DNA of 64,000 nucleotides, from the NCBI GenBank assembly GCA_963845565.1, contig CAWJSJ010000004.1, forward strand, positions 32,001 through 96,000, written 5' to 3'. Shown piece after piece: positions 22,123-32,556 of the stretch. A program made the translations under genes and the position numbers. Each line of letters opens with the position of its first letter. The first letter of the stretch is position 1. The notes beneath the pieces were generated by a model. The model made no database searches. It had not been told where the DNA came from and saw nothing but the letters and a program-made list of their open reading frames with translations. This DNA is from an uncultured Methylomirabilota bacterium. Lineage in GTDB: Bacteria > Methylomirabilota > Methylomirabilia > Methylomirabilales > 2-02-FULL-66-22.

Positions 22123-23019
22123 ATGAGCACGACGATACCCGACGCACTGAAGGCGGACATGCCGCAGACGACGTGGGGCAGAATCCTCCTCGCCACGCCC
22201 GTGGTGATGACAGTCGTCGCGACGCTGCTGGCGGGGCTGGCGTCCAGTGAGATGACCCGCGCGCAATACTACCGGTCGCTCGCGGCCCAGCAGCAGTCAA
22301 AGGCGGGCGACCAGTGGAGCTTCTTTCAGGCCAAGCGACTCCGCGGCACCATGCAACTCACCACGCTGGACCTGCTGAAGTCCACGGTGTCCGTGCGCCC
22401 GCTCGATGACGCTCGGCTCAAGCGCTTCGGCGAGCTGGACGCCCCCGTCTCGGCGGCCCTCCTGAAGGGAGAATTGCCCCCGGCCCCGGCCTCCACCGCG
22501 TCCGATGGACCCCTCAAGAGCGCGCTCGAAGGGATCGAACGCATGAAGCCGGAACCCGAAATCCGGTCATTGCTTGAATCGGTGAAAACCGCGACGGTGG
22601 ATGATGCGATCCAGGCCGCTCGGGATCGAGCCGCCGCATTCGACGTCGCCACGGCCCCGATCAGTCGAAGCGTGGATCGCCTTGAGAAGGCCATTGCAGC
22701 CGCCGGACCGACAGAGGCGGTTCGTGACGTCACGGCGGCGCGACTGCGGGTCACCGCCGCTCGCTACGAGATCGAGGCCCGCCTGAACCAGGCCATCGCC
22801 AACCTCTACGAACTCCAGGTCCGCATGAGCAACATGGCGGCGGAACGTCATCACCGGCGCAGCGAACGATTCTTCTTGGGCATGCTGGCGGCACAGGCCG
22901 CGGTCATCACGGCCACCTTCGCCCTGGCCGCCAGACAACGGAATATCCTGTGGGGTCTGGCGGCCGGGGCAGGCGTGTTGGCGATCGCCTTCGCCGTTTA
23001 TGTGTATCTGTGGCTGTAA
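22123..23019 (+). CDS. DUF4337-like membrane protein
   Basis: N- and C-terminal TM helices; QSKAGDQWSFFQAK motif. Confidence 0.75.
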   Translation: MSTTIPDALKADMPQTTWGRILLATPVVMTVVATLLAGLASSEMTRAQYYRSLAAQQQSKAGDQWSFFQAKRLRGTMQLTTLDLLKSTVSVRPLDDARLKRFGELDAPVSAALLKGELPPAPASTASDGPLKSALEGIERMKPEPEIRSLLESVKTATVDDAIQAARDRAAAFDVATAPISRSVDRLEKAIAAAGPTEAVRDVTAARLRVTAARYEIEARLNQAIANLYELQVRMSNMAAERHHRRSERFFLGMLAAQAAVITATFALAARQRNILWGLAAGAGVLAIAFAVYVYLWL

Positions 23020-23051
23020 GTGAGTCAGAGTGGACGGTGGTTCAAAGAGCC

Positions 23052-23579
23052 TCACTCCGGCGGTGGGCCGAGCTTGCAGCTCAGCATCCACTCGATGATG
23101 CTGGCGATGTTCTCGGGACGGGAGGGCTTACTCATGGTGAAAGTCGCGCCGGCTTCACGCCCCCAGAGGTCCAGCATGCGCTCTTCCAGCGCGGTCAGGA
23201 GGAGGATCGGCGTGTCCTTCAACCCGGCGTCGGCCCGCAATCGCCGACAGATTTCGTATCCGTCCATGTTCGGCATCAGCACGTCGAGAATGATCAGGTC
23301 GGGCTCCCCTTGCTTGGCCGTCTCGATGCCCGAGGCACCGTCGGCGGCGGTGAGGACCCGGTAGCCGAGCTGTTCGAGCGCCTCCTTGCCGAAGGTGAGG
23401 AGCAGTCGGTCGTCGTCGATCCAGAGGATGCGCACCTGCCGGGGCCCACTGGCGGCCTCTGGTCCCAGCCAGCGGGGATGGCGACAGCTCTGGCACCACA
23501 CCACACGGGGGTGCTCGTCTTGCGTCTCCTCCACCGGTTGGGCTGCTTGGCAGTTGGGACAGACAATGGTCCGACTCAT
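23052..23579 (-). CDS. receiver-domain protein with N-terminal zinc ribbon
   Basis: CPNC...CQSC, then ILWIDDD..PDLIILDVLMPNMDG..KP. Confidence 0.85.
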   Translation of the reverse strand: MSRTIVCPNCQAAQPVEETQDEHPRVVWCQSCRHPRWLGPEAASGPRQVRILWIDDDRLLLTFGKEALEQLGYRVLTAADGASGIETAKQGEPDLIILDVLMPNMDGYEICRRLRADAGLKDTPILLLTALEERMLDLWGREAGATFTMSKPSRPENIASIIEWMLSCKLGPPPE

Positions 23580-23875
23580 CGCCGGGTTCTCCTCTCTTCC
23601 TGCGTCAGATCCTGCCACCGCATGGTTCGCATCATACCTCCCGGCCACCCGCTGATCCTTGTCTGCGCGCCCGTTCGTCTCCGCCCAGACCGCTGGAGGC
23701 CAGAGGACAACCACGCGACGCCAGGACAGCCTACCACACGCGGGCCATCCGACGCACGCTCAGAGCGCGGGAGTGGAAAAGAGAGATGGTGGACCAGGAC
23801 TGGGACGAGGGTCGGCGTACGCGGAGGTAGAGGAGGGGCGGGAGTCGAATGGAGGATCGGCGGGATGGGGCCCCG

Positions 23876-24340
23876 GTGACGACACGCCGCATTGGCGTGA
23901 TCTCTGATACGCATGGCCTTCTGCGCCCCGAAGCAATCGCAGCGCTCCAGGGTGTGGAGCGGATCATCCATGCGGGGGACATCGACACGCCCAACGTCCT
24001 TCAGGCCCTCCGGACCCTGGCCCCGGTCACTGCCGTCCGCGGGAACGTGGATCGGGGGCCCTGGGCGAGCGAGCTCCCCACCACGGCCGCCCTGACGGTC
24101 GAACAGGTGAGCATCTACGTGCTCCACAGTCTGGATGACCTCGACCTCGTGCCCGAGGCGGCGGGCGTTCGCGTCGTGGTGAGCGGGCACTCCCACCGCC
24201 CCGAGATCCAGGAACGGAATGGCGTGCTCTACGTGAATCCAGGGAGCGCCGGCCCGCGGCGGTTCCGGGCGCCCGTCAGCGTCGCCCTGATGGACGTGCA
24301 AGGCACGCGCGTCGAGGTGCGGGTGGTGCCGCTGGGGTAG
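23876..24340 (+). CDS. YfcE-like metallophosphoesterase
   Basis: ISDTHG, HAGDI, VRGNVD, SGHSH, NPGSAG. Confidence 0.92.
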   Translation: MTTRRIGVISDTHGLLRPEAIAALQGVERIIHAGDIDTPNVLQALRTLAPVTAVRGNVDRGPWASELPTTAALTVEQVSIYVLHSLDDLDLVPEAAGVRVVVSGHSHRPEIQERNGVLYVNPGSAGPRRFRAPVSVALMDVQGTRVEVRVVPLG

Positions 24341-24617
24341 GCGACGTTGCCACGTACGATAGCGTGTGTCGGCCTCGACTCCCCACGATCGGCCGGCGCT
24401 CCTCCTTCCCCGAAGGGAGATCGTCGCCGATGGTCGCCTCGGCGGTGTTGCCCTGCATACACGTTGCGCGGCGAGCGGAGGGTGTGGTAAGAACAGGCGG
24501 GCAATCGTCGGCCCGTCGGAACCGGAGACCCCTGATTCGATGACGTCGAGGGAACCGTAAATCACCACGACGCCGATCCTGGCCGCAGGAGCGGCGTTTT
24601 CACTTCCTGGAACCGGC

Positions 24618-25877
24618 ATGGCAGATAGAATCCGGCAGATCTTCTGGGGATGGTATGTGGTGCTGGGGGCCTTCCTGGCGCTGTGCCTCTCCTACGGCGT
24701 CCGATACTCCTTCGGGGTGTTCGTCCACCCGATGTTCACAGAATTCGGATGGCCCATGTCCGTCATTTCCATCTCGGCGTCCGTCAACATCCTGACCTAT
24801 TCTATTACCGGCATATTCTGCGGCCGACTCGCGGACCGCATTGCGCCCAAGTGGATGATGACCGCTGGATCCATTCTGACCGCCATCGGGTTCTACTTTC
24901 TGATCCATGCCGAGACGCCGGCCGGCCTGTATCTGTCATACGGCATCCTGTGCGGCGTCGGCCATGCATGTCTGGGGATGGTTGTCTGCGCCGCGGCGAT
25001 CGGCAAATGGTTTATCAGGAAACGAGGGGTTGCGCTGGGACTGGCCTCCATGGGCATCGGGGTCGGCACCATGGTCATGGGCCCGGCCGCAGGGTATCTC
25101 GTCAGCGCCTACGACTGGCGGACCGGATTCGTGTTCTTCGGGGCCGTGGTTCTGGTCCTCGGGATCCCCATCTCCCAGGTGCTCATGGGGAAGACGACTC
25201 CCGAGGCGAGCGGTCTCTGTCCGGACGGCGAACCGGCTGTGCGAGAGACGCCGCGCCCCGCCGCGGTCCCTGAGAGTCGAGCGCGCGTCTCTCTGTGGCC
25301 GGTCCTGACCGACTGCCGGTTCTGGCTGCTCGCGGTATGCAACAGCCTGGCGACGGCCACCTTGATGATGACCTTCGTGCATCAGGTCGCCTATGCCGTC
25401 GGCAACCAGATCGGGAAATTCGAGGCGGCTGCGGCCCTGGGCATCGTCGGGTTTACCAGCAGTGCGGGCAAGTTCTTCTTCGGCTGGCTGTGCGATCGGG
25501 TTGCCGATGCCAAGTACGTGGCCGCCCTGGGGTTCTTCCTCATGGCCATCGGCATGGGGGTGCTGATCCGCGCGGACACCGCGGTGGTTCTGTATCTGTT
25601 TGCCGTGATCTTCGGAATCGGCTACGGCTCCATGGCCCCGTTGATGCCGTACTTGACGGCGGACCGATTCGGACGGCAGGTGCTGGGCTCGGCCTACGGG
25701 ATGCTGATCTTTTTCGTGGCGGGCTTTGGTGGGAGCATCGGACCCGTCATTGGCGGATTGATCTATGACCGGACCGGTTCCTACGTGAATGCCTGGCTGC
25801 TCAACCTGATCCTGTTGATGGCCATCTCTCTCCTGATCCTGACCCTGAAGCCGGCAAAGGTGAAAGACCTGGACTGA
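24618..25877 (+). CDS. MFS transporter
   Basis: About 12 hydrophobic segments; GRLADR and GWLCDR motifs. Confidence 0.9.
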   Translation: MADRIRQIFWGWYVVLGAFLALCLSYGVRYSFGVFVHPMFTEFGWPMSVISISASVNILTYSITGIFCGRLADRIAPKWMMTAGSILTAIGFYFLIHAETPAGLYLSYGILCGVGHACLGMVVCAAAIGKWFIRKRGVALGLASMGIGVGTMVMGPAAGYLVSAYDWRTGFVFFGAVVLVLGIPISQVLMGKTTPEASGLCPDGEPAVRETPRPAAVPESRARVSLWPVLTDCRFWLLAVCNSLATATLMMTFVHQVAYAVGNQIGKFEAAAALGIVGFTSSAGKFFFGWLCDRVADAKYVAALGFFLMAIGMGVLIRADTAVVLYLFAVIFGIGYGSMAPLMPYLTADRFGRQVLGSAYGMLIFFVAGFGGSIGPVIGGLIYDRTGSYVNAWLLNLILLMAISLLILTLKPAKVKDLD

Positions 25878-26050
25878 ATTCGACGCGGGCGCTCCCGGGG
25901 TGTCGGGACGACCCTCGGACGCGTTGCCAAGCACCCCACGTCATGATATCTGTTGCCGGCGATGCCCCCGCTCGCCGGGCCCTTGGGGCGGACGAGGGCC
26001 CACTCGGCACCCCGCCCGCATCGTCCACCTTCCCGGGAAAGGATCCGCCC

Positions 26051-27193
26051 GTGAAACCCAGAGACCGCGTCCTGCAGGCCCTGCACCATGAAGAGCCGGA
26101 CCGCGTGCCGACCGGCGAGAACGACATCGACTACGTGCTCGCCGAACAGTTGCTCGGGCGCACCACGCTCTACAACTCGCGCTGGCGGGAGCGGCAGGCG
26201 CTGTGGGACGGGCGGCGCGCCGAGATCGTACACGACTACGGCACCACGCTGGTCGACCTGGCCCGCACCCTGGAGTGGGACTATGTGCGCGTGCCCACCA
26301 TGCCCGTGGACAAGGAATATCGCCGCCCGGTGATGACGGGGCCCTATTCGTGGCTCGACGAGACGGGACGCGAAATCCAATACAGCCCGGAGGTCGGCAA
26401 CATCGCCACCTTCGTGGACGACTCCGAGATGACCATCGACGACCTGCCCGACCCCGCCGCGCCGTTCGCCGTCCACCCCAGCGTGCTGGAGGCCATACGC
26501 CACGTCGTCGCCGAGCTGGCCGACACCCATTTCATCATCGGTCGCTCGCCTGTCGACGGCACCTTCCCCTTCCAGCAGACGGTCGGTATGCAGGAGTTTC
26601 TCACACGCATGGTCACGGACCCGGAGTTCGTGCGGCGTGCGGTCGAGGTCTATGTCAATCGCTCCATCGCCTACATCGAGGCCATGCTAAACGCCGGTTG
26701 CGACGCCGTGATGACGACCGATGACTACTCGGGAAACGAGGGGCCGTTCATGGGGCCGGCCCGCTTCCGCCAGTTCGTCGCGCCGGGCATCGAGCGCCAG
26801 GCGGCCGCCGCGCACGCCCGCGGTGGTCTCTTCATCAAGCACACCGACGGCCATGTCTGGTCGATCCTGGACGACCTCGCCGCCACCGGGATCGACGGCT
26901 GGCACGGCATCCAGCCCAACATCGGCATGGACCTGCGTCTACTCAAGGAGCGGTACGGCGCGCGTCTCTGCTTCTTCGGCGGGATCAACTGTGAGACGCT
27001 GATCGAGGGCACGCCGGAGATGGCTCGGGCCGAGGTGACGTACGCGATTCGCCACGCGGCGCAGGGCGGCGGCCTGGTGATCGCCACCGGCAACGTGCTG
27101 CAGCCCGGCACCAGCCTGCAGAATTACCTGGCGGCGCGGCAGGCAACGCGCGACTTCGGCGCCTACCCACGCCATCAGACCGCCGGGGAATGA
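26051..27193 (+). CDS. uroporphyrinogen decarboxylase/MtaA-like family protein
   Basis: PRDRVLQALHHEEPDRVP; DDYSG; KHTDG; LKERYG..CFFGGI. Confidence 0.85.
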   Translation: MKPRDRVLQALHHEEPDRVPTGENDIDYVLAEQLLGRTTLYNSRWRERQALWDGRRAEIVHDYGTTLVDLARTLEWDYVRVPTMPVDKEYRRPVMTGPYSWLDETGREIQYSPEVGNIATFVDDSEMTIDDLPDPAAPFAVHPSVLEAIRHVVAELADTHFIIGRSPVDGTFPFQQTVGMQEFLTRMVTDPEFVRRAVEVYVNRSIAYIEAMLNAGCDAVMTTDDYSGNEGPFMGPARFRQFVAPGIERQAAAAHARGGLFIKHTDGHVWSILDDLAATGIDGWHGIQPNIGMDLRLLKERYGARLCFFGGINCETLIEGTPEMARAEVTYAIRHAAQGGGLVIATGNVLQPGTSLQNYLAARQATRDFGAYPRHQTAGE

Positions 27194-27281
27194 TGTCACG
27201 ACCCGTGGCAGGAGTGGCGAACGTCCAGGGCGAGCGAGCGACACGGCGGGCTATCGGGGGTGGGTCGTCGGGGGGCGGCGC

Positions 27282-27599
27282 CTAGCCCAACAGGTCGTCC
27301 GCCAGCATACGCTCGGCGATATCCTCTCCGGACACCTGGTAGGTCCCGTCGTTTATCCGGGCTTTCAGCGCCGCCACTTTGTCCGCGCGGATCTGTGGGG
27401 TCTGCTTCAAGGCTGCTGCGGCGGCCTGCATGGCCCGTCCCGCGTCCGAGACTTCCACGCGGTCGGTGCGGGTGGGGGCGGTGGGAGCGGTCGCGGATTT
27501 GGCGTATGCTTTCTGGGCCTTCTTGGCCTTGCTGGTCCGTTCCGCCTGGTCCGCGGCGGGGGGCGGTGTGGGAATGGGGGTGGCATTCTTGATCTTCAT
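27282..27599 (-). CDS. flgM: anti-sigma-28 factor FlgM
   Basis: DRVEVS...IRADKVAALKARINDGTYQVSGEDIAERML; RBS GGAGG. Confidence 0.85.
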   Translation of the reverse strand: MKIKNATPIPTPPPAADQAERTSKAKKAQKAYAKSATAPTAPTRTDRVEVSDAGRAMQAAAAALKQTPQIRADKVAALKARINDGTYQVSGEDIAERMLADDLLG

Positions 27600-27625
27600 G
27601 CGGCGTGCGTCCTCCAGGCGCCGGG

Positions 27626-28210
27626 TCAGGGCGTTCCGGGTTCTGACTCGTACAGGTTCTTGGTCAGCGCTTTCAGGGTCTCGACCGCCTGTCGCCGCTC
27701 GCGGCGGAAGTGGTCGTTCTCGTTTCTGAGACGCCGGACCTCCTCTTCCAGCCGCTCGCCCTTGCGCTCGGCGCCCTCGGCCCGGGCCGCAAGGTGCTCG
27801 TGCTCTCGGAGGAGCTTGGGGACGAGGGCGAGCAGGCGCTGACCTTCGGAGATCCAACCGGCCACCCGCTCTCGGGCGTGTATCGTCTTGGCGGCCTCGA
27901 GTCGCTGCTGCTGATCAATGCCGGCGGCCTGGTCGGGCGTTTCCGATCCCCACCACGGCGGCCGCCACTGGAGTGCCGAGAACTGCCGGATCACAAAAAA
28001 GCCATGGGCATAGAGTTCGCCCTCTCGGCCGCGGCCGCTCCGGCGGTCCGCCCTGCGGCGGTCCGTTCGGTGGGCCTCCTGCCGCCGCCGCCGGCCGTCG
28101 AACCGGCGATCGAGGAGGACCTGTACGTTGTCGTCCCCCGCGAATTGCCGGCGCAGGTAGCCGTACAGGTCCGTATGGTTTCGCGCCGTGATGACGACGT
28201 AATGGACCAT
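27626..28210 (-). CDS. hypothetical protein, DRR-rich N-domain plus coiled coil
   Basis: RBS GGAGGAG; LYGYLRRQFAGDDNVQVLLDRR..DRRRADRR; heptad C-terminus. Confidence 0.7.
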   Translation of the reverse strand: MVHYVVITARNHTDLYGYLRRQFAGDDNVQVLLDRRFDGRRRRQEAHRTDRRRADRRSGRGREGELYAHGFFVIRQFSALQWRPPWWGSETPDQAAGIDQQQRLEAAKTIHARERVAGWISEGQRLLALVPKLLREHEHLAARAEGAERKGERLEEEVRRLRNENDHFRRERRQAVETLKALTKNLYESEPGTP

Positions 28211-28533
28211 GACGGTTCTCCTCCCTGCGGTGACCCGTGCTGCCCGAGTGTTGCCGCCCAGGTGAATCGTCTGTCAAGAAACCCAGAAGCTCCAACACAC
28301 TCTACGCCGGACGTGAACCAAGGTCAAGGGCCGCGCGTGGCCGCGGGTGGCCGCCGGTGACCGCTGCGATCGCGGCGCCCCGCGGGCGCGGTGAACAGTA
28401 CTTGACCGAATCCGGCGACAACGGGTAAGCTCAAGCCCGTCTTTCTGCTGCGCAATTGCGCGGCCCACGCGGAGCGGGGCGACCTCGGCGGCATGATCAA
28501 TAACAGGCGCACGACGGCAGGGGAGAACGAGCT

Positions 28534-28839
28534 ATGACGAGTGCGGTGGTGGGGGCGGAGCGGGAGCAGTTGGTCCAGTGGATGGAAGAAGGGCGCGGTG
28601 TGCTCGAGATCCTCCAAAAGATCCTCCAGGATTGCGACCATCTCCGGGAAGTGGCGGAGACGGCCCAGAAGGACAACGAGCGGGTCCAGCGGGACTGCGA
28701 GCAGTTGCGGGCCGAGGTCGGCCGACTCAAAGCGGACGGCGAGCGCCTCCAGCGGGAGCGTGCCGAAACCACCCAATGGTTCGCCACCATGATGAGCGAG
28801 GCTGCCTCCCGCCTTCGCCTCGATCGCCCGCCGGTGTAG
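28534..28839 (+). CDS. hypothetical coiled-coil protein
   Basis: RBS GGAG; heptad pattern; resembles the C-half of 27626-28210. Confidence 0.7.
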   Translation: MTSAVVGAEREQLVQWMEEGRGVLEILQKILQDCDHLREVAETAQKDNERVQRDCEQLRAEVGRLKADGERLQRERAETTQWFATMMSEAASRLRLDRPPV

Positions 28840-28881
28840 ACCGTGCCGGCGGCTCTTCGCATGGGGAACGGATAGAACGTT

Positions 28882-29298
28882 GTGGCTGCCTTCCTGGAGT
28901 CGCTCTCGTGGGGGCAGAAGGCGGCGCTGGGCTTGGGGTTGTTCGCCGGGACGACCGTCCTCAGCCTGGCCGCGGTCACCATCGTGCTGGTGCGCCTTCC
29001 GGCCACCTACTTTCAGGACAACTTCGTCTCGCCGCTGGTGGGCCGACATCTGATCGTTCGCTGGATCAGGGTGATTCTCAAGAACATCCTGGGTGCGGTG
29101 CTGATCCTGTTCGGGCTGCTCTTGTCCCTTCCCGGCGTGCCCGGGCAGGGGTTGCTGACGATTCTGATCGGGCTGATGCTGCTGGATTTTCCGGGGAAAC
29201 GTCGGATTGAGCGACGCCTGGTCGCCAGACCGATCATTCAGCGGGCGATCAACGCGCTGCGAGCACGCTTCGGGAAGCCCGCGTTGGTACTGGATTGA
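28882..29298 (+). CDS. PGPGW-like membrane protein
   Basis: LKNILG...LPGVPGQGLLTILIGLMLLDFPGK. Confidence 0.8.
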   Translation: MAAFLESLSWGQKAALGLGLFAGTTVLSLAAVTIVLVRLPATYFQDNFVSPLVGRHLIVRWIRVILKNILGAVLILFGLLLSLPGVPGQGLLTILIGLMLLDFPGKRRIERRLVARPIIQRAINALRARFGKPALVLD

Positions 29299-29403
29299 CG
29301 GATCCGGCCTCCGGAACGGAAGGAGTCAAGAATGTCACCTGAGCGCAGTGGCGGATACGGTTCGTGCAGCGAATCGGAGGGAGGGGAGAAGAGGCCGCGA
29401 TCC

Positions 29404-29652
29404 ATGGCCTGGTTTCCGACGCATCGGATTGTGTACTCGCATCCCCCGCGCGGCATCGACACCATCGAGGTCATGGCGTGGGATCGGGGGGTCGAAGCCC
29501 CCGGGCCGGGCCGCTACGCGCTGTACACCGAGGAGAACGCCGAGACGCCATCGGGTCCCGAGTGGACGATGGACGGCGAGGGGCGGGTGTGGTTCCAGGG
29601 TGAGCCGCTCCGGGACCACGCGACGGCCGTCGTCGAGGAGATCTCGGACTGA
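29404..29652 (+). CDS. hypothetical protein
   Basis: RBS-preceded 82-aa ORF MAWFPTHRIVY... with protein-like composition. Confidence 0.55.
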   Translation: MAWFPTHRIVYSHPPRGIDTIEVMAWDRGVEAPGPGRYALYTEENAETPSGPEWTMDGEGRVWFQGEPLRDHATAVVEEISD

Positions 29653-29799
29653 CCCGTTGTCGACGAATAAATTCACCGGGGAAATTCTGGAAACGGCACA
29701 GGAAGCCCTAACGAAATCACAAGAAATAGCCGATCTATTGCATAACGGCTTCTGCGCGCGTTCGCTGTCCGAATGTTTCCACCGCCGAGGAGAGAATTG

Positions 29800-30771
29800 A
29801 TGAAACGCATCGCCGTGCTGACGAGTGGGGGGGATGCCCCCGGAATGAATGCGGCCATTCGGGCGGTGGTGCGTACCGGCATCGGGCGCGGCTGGGAGGT
29901 GCTCGGTGTCCGCCACGGCTACGCCGGCCTGATCAGCGGCGACATGGCGGGCTTGAGCGCCCGCGATGTGGGGGGCATCCTCCAGCGAGGCGGGACGATC
30001 CTGGGGAGCGCCCGGAGCGCAGAATTCGAAACCGCGCCGGGACGGGAGAAGGCTATCCGGAATCTGAACATCCAGGGGGTCGAGGCGCTGGTGGTGATCG
30101 GGGGCAACGGGTCGCAGACCGGGGCGCACTGCCTTTCCCAGATGGGGTTTCCGGTAGTCGGGGTGGCCTCGACCATCGACAACGACCTGGTCGGCTCCGA
30201 CATCACGATCGGGGTGGATACGGCGCTGAATATCGCACTGGAAGCCATCGATCGGCTGAAGACGACCGCTTCGTCACATCAACGCGCATTTCTCATTGAA
30301 ATCATGGGCCGCCACTGTGGATACCTCGCGCTGATGGCCGCCATCGCCGGCGGGGCGGAGGCGGTGCTGCTCCCCGAGGTGGACACCGAACCCGAAGCCT
30401 TGGCGAAGGAGCTGCACGCCTCATACCTCCGCGGGAAACCCCACGCGCTGGTGGTGGTGGCCGAGGGGGCCAAGTACAACGCCGAGGCGATGGCCGCGTA
30501 CTTCCGCACGCACAAAGACCAATGCGGCTTCGATCTGCGAGTCACCACGCTGGGCCACGTCCAGCGCGGCGGGACACCGGGGGCGTTCGACCGGATCCTG
30601 GCCACCCGACTGGGGAACGGCGCGACCGACGCGCTGGCCCGCGGGGAGCGGGGCGTGCTGGTCGGGTTCATCAAGGGCGAGATCTTGACGACTCCGCTGG
30701 CCGACGTGGTCGGGAAGCAGAAGTCTCTCGACCCCCGACTGGTGGAGCTGGCCGGGGTGTTGGCCAAGTAG
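29800..30771 (+). CDS. pfkA: ATP-dependent 6-phosphofructokinase
   Basis: LTSGGDAPGMNAA, IGGNGS, TIDND, EIMGR, LGHVQRGG. Confidence 0.95.
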   Translation: MKRIAVLTSGGDAPGMNAAIRAVVRTGIGRGWEVLGVRHGYAGLISGDMAGLSARDVGGILQRGGTILGSARSAEFETAPGREKAIRNLNIQGVEALVVIGGNGSQTGAHCLSQMGFPVVGVASTIDNDLVGSDITIGVDTALNIALEAIDRLKTTASSHQRAFLIEIMGRHCGYLALMAAIAGGAEAVLLPEVDTEPEALAKELHASYLRGKPHALVVVAEGAKYNAEAMAAYFRTHKDQCGFDLRVTTLGHVQRGGTPGAFDRILATRLGNGATDALARGERGVLVGFIKGEILTTPLADVVGKQKSLDPRLVELAGVLAK

Positions 30772-30824
30772 TCGGGAGCGGGCCGTGGCGCGCCGGTTCC
30801 CCCGGCGGACGCCCGTGGACGTCA

Positions 30825-31190
30825 ATGCGTCGGAAACAGGTGGATCCATCGGACCGGCCCGCCAGGGTTGGTTTCTTCGACAGCGTCTACGCCCTGGTCA
30901 GGCGTGTCCCTCGGGGCAAGGTGGCGACGTACGGCCAGATCGCCCGGATGCTGGGTGCTCCCCGCTCTGCCAGGGTTGTGGGCTGGGCGATGCACGGGAA
31001 TCCCCACGGTGCGAAGGTGCCCTGGCAGCGCGTCGTGCAACGAGGCGGGTCGCTCAGCCCGTCGGTCTGTCCCGCCGACCCCGGCCGCCAGCGCCGACTG
31101 CTGGAGCGCGAGGGGGTCGGCTTCCTGCTCTCGGGCCGCATCGACATGGCGCGGCATCAATGGTCCCCGCCTGCAGCGGGGGTGCGGTAG
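30825..31190 (+). CDS. alkyltransferase-like (MGMT-family, ATL) protein
   Basis: VPRGKVATYGQIA, SARVVGWAM, VPWQRVV (Trp in place of catalytic Cys). Confidence 0.85.
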   Translation: MRRKQVDPSDRPARVGFFDSVYALVRRVPRGKVATYGQIARMLGAPRSARVVGWAMHGNPHGAKVPWQRVVQRGGSLSPSVCPADPGRQRRLLEREGVGFLLSGRIDMARHQWSPPAAGVR

Positions 31191-31255
31191 CGCACCGTCT
31201 GTCGCCCCATGCCCCCCTTGACGTCCGTGCCGGCCCGTGGTATGTCTCACCCTCC

Positions 31256-31280
31256 ATATTGTCGTACAATATTGCACGAC
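31256..31280. promoter_or_regulatory. palindromic operator, probably for the GntR regulator
   Basis: ATATTGT-CGT-ACAATAT perfect inverted repeat overlapped by near-palindrome GTCGTACAATATTGCACGAC; follows a TTGACG..TATGT promoter-like sequence. Confidence 0.65.
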
Positions 31281-31317
31281 GTTCTTTGGCCAACCGCTGG
31301 CAGCCGAGGAGGCGCCC

Positions 31318-31764
31318 ATGGAAGCCATCAAGCGCTGTCTAACCTCCGAGATGATCCTGGTCCGATTTGACCCGGGCGAACTTCTGTTGGAGGGGCTGCG
31401 CGAGCTGATCCGGGCGGAAGGCATCCGGACGGGTCTGGTCGTCTCGGGGATAGGGACTCTCAGCGATTGCCGCCTGCATCAGTCGGTCGCCGGATACCCC
31501 CCCAACCTCATGACTCGACATCAGGAGTACCTGGAGCTCAAAGGATCATACGAGATCGCCTCGATCCAGGGGATCATTGCCGACGGCGACCCGCACCTCC
31601 ACATCACCCTCTCCGAGGGGAGCCATACCGTCGCCGGTCACCTGGAGGAGGGATGCGTGGTGATGACCCTAGCGGAGGTGGCAATCCTCCGCGGCGAGGG
31701 GGCCCCGGTCCGGCGTGTGATACGGGGGCCGGAGAAGATCAAGGGCCTGACGGCCGCCGAATAG
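31318..31764 (+). CDS. PPC/DUF296 domain protein
   Basis: VRFDPGE, SGIGTL, EIASIQG, PHLHITLS, AGHLEEGC. Confidence 0.88.
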   Translation: MEAIKRCLTSEMILVRFDPGELLLEGLRELIRAEGIRTGLVVSGIGTLSDCRLHQSVAGYPPNLMTRHQEYLELKGSYEIASIQGIIADGDPHLHITLSEGSHTVAGHLEEGCVVMTLAEVAILRGEGAPVRRVIRGPEKIKGLTAAE

Positions 31765-31830
31765 CCCGGCCTGTCGTACAGTCGTGCCTGTCGACGAGGA
31801 GGCGTGCGGGCGTGGCCCGCGCGACCACGG

Positions 31831-32556
31831 ATGGCCGCGAACGGGGAATCGGTCTACCAGACGCTGGAGCGGGAGATCATCCTCGGCCATCTCAAGCCGC
31901 GCGAGCGGCTGTTGGAATCGCAGCTCTGCCGGCGGCTCGAGGTCAGCCGGACGCTCCTCCGTGAGGTCTTCCGCCGGCTGGAAGGGGCCGGGCTGGTGAC
32001 GCTGCAGCCCAACCGCGGCGTGGTGGTTCGGGACTTCAGCGTGCAAGAGGTCGAGGACGTCTACTATCTCCGTACCGCGCTGGAACGCGCGGCGATTCCC
32101 CTCATCGTCGAACGGGTCCGCCCGGCGGACGTCCGGGCGCTGCGGGACCTCCAGCGGGAGTTCGAGCGCGCCTGCCGGGCGGCCGACATGGGCGGCATGA
32201 TCCTCAGCAACCTGGCCTTCCACCGGCGGCTCTCGCAGATCTCCGGAAACCCGTTCCTCTGCAAGTCCCTGGAGATCTCGCATCTCCAGACGCAGCAGAT
32301 CCGGTACCTCGCCTGGCTGGACGCCGCGCGGGTGCAGACGTCCATCCGGGAGCACCGGCGGATCGTGGCGGCGCTGGCGCGACGAAGCACAGCGGCCTAC
32401 GAGCAGGCGCTCGTGACGCACCTGGCGGGCGGAAAGGGAGATTACCAGCGCATCTTCCCCGTGGGGGGTGACGGACAGACGGCAGCGCACAACAGCAGCG
32501 ACCGCGGACCCCGGACGCGCGGGGCGGCCCGGCGCAAGGAGGGCTCTCATGCGTAG
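31831..32556 (+). CDS. GntR family (FCD) transcriptional regulator
   Basis: LKPRERLLESQL..VSRTLLRE..LE..GLV..PNRG; FCD NLAFH, EH. Confidence 0.92.
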   Translation: MAANGESVYQTLEREIILGHLKPRERLLESQLCRRLEVSRTLLREVFRRLEGAGLVTLQPNRGVVVRDFSVQEVEDVYYLRTALERAAIPLIVERVRPADVRALRDLQREFERACRAADMGGMILSNLAFHRRLSQISGNPFLCKSLEISHLQTQQIRYLAWLDAARVQTSIREHRRIVAALARRSTAAYEQALVTHLAGGKGDYQRIFPVGGDGQTAAHNSSDRGPRTRGAARRKEGSHA

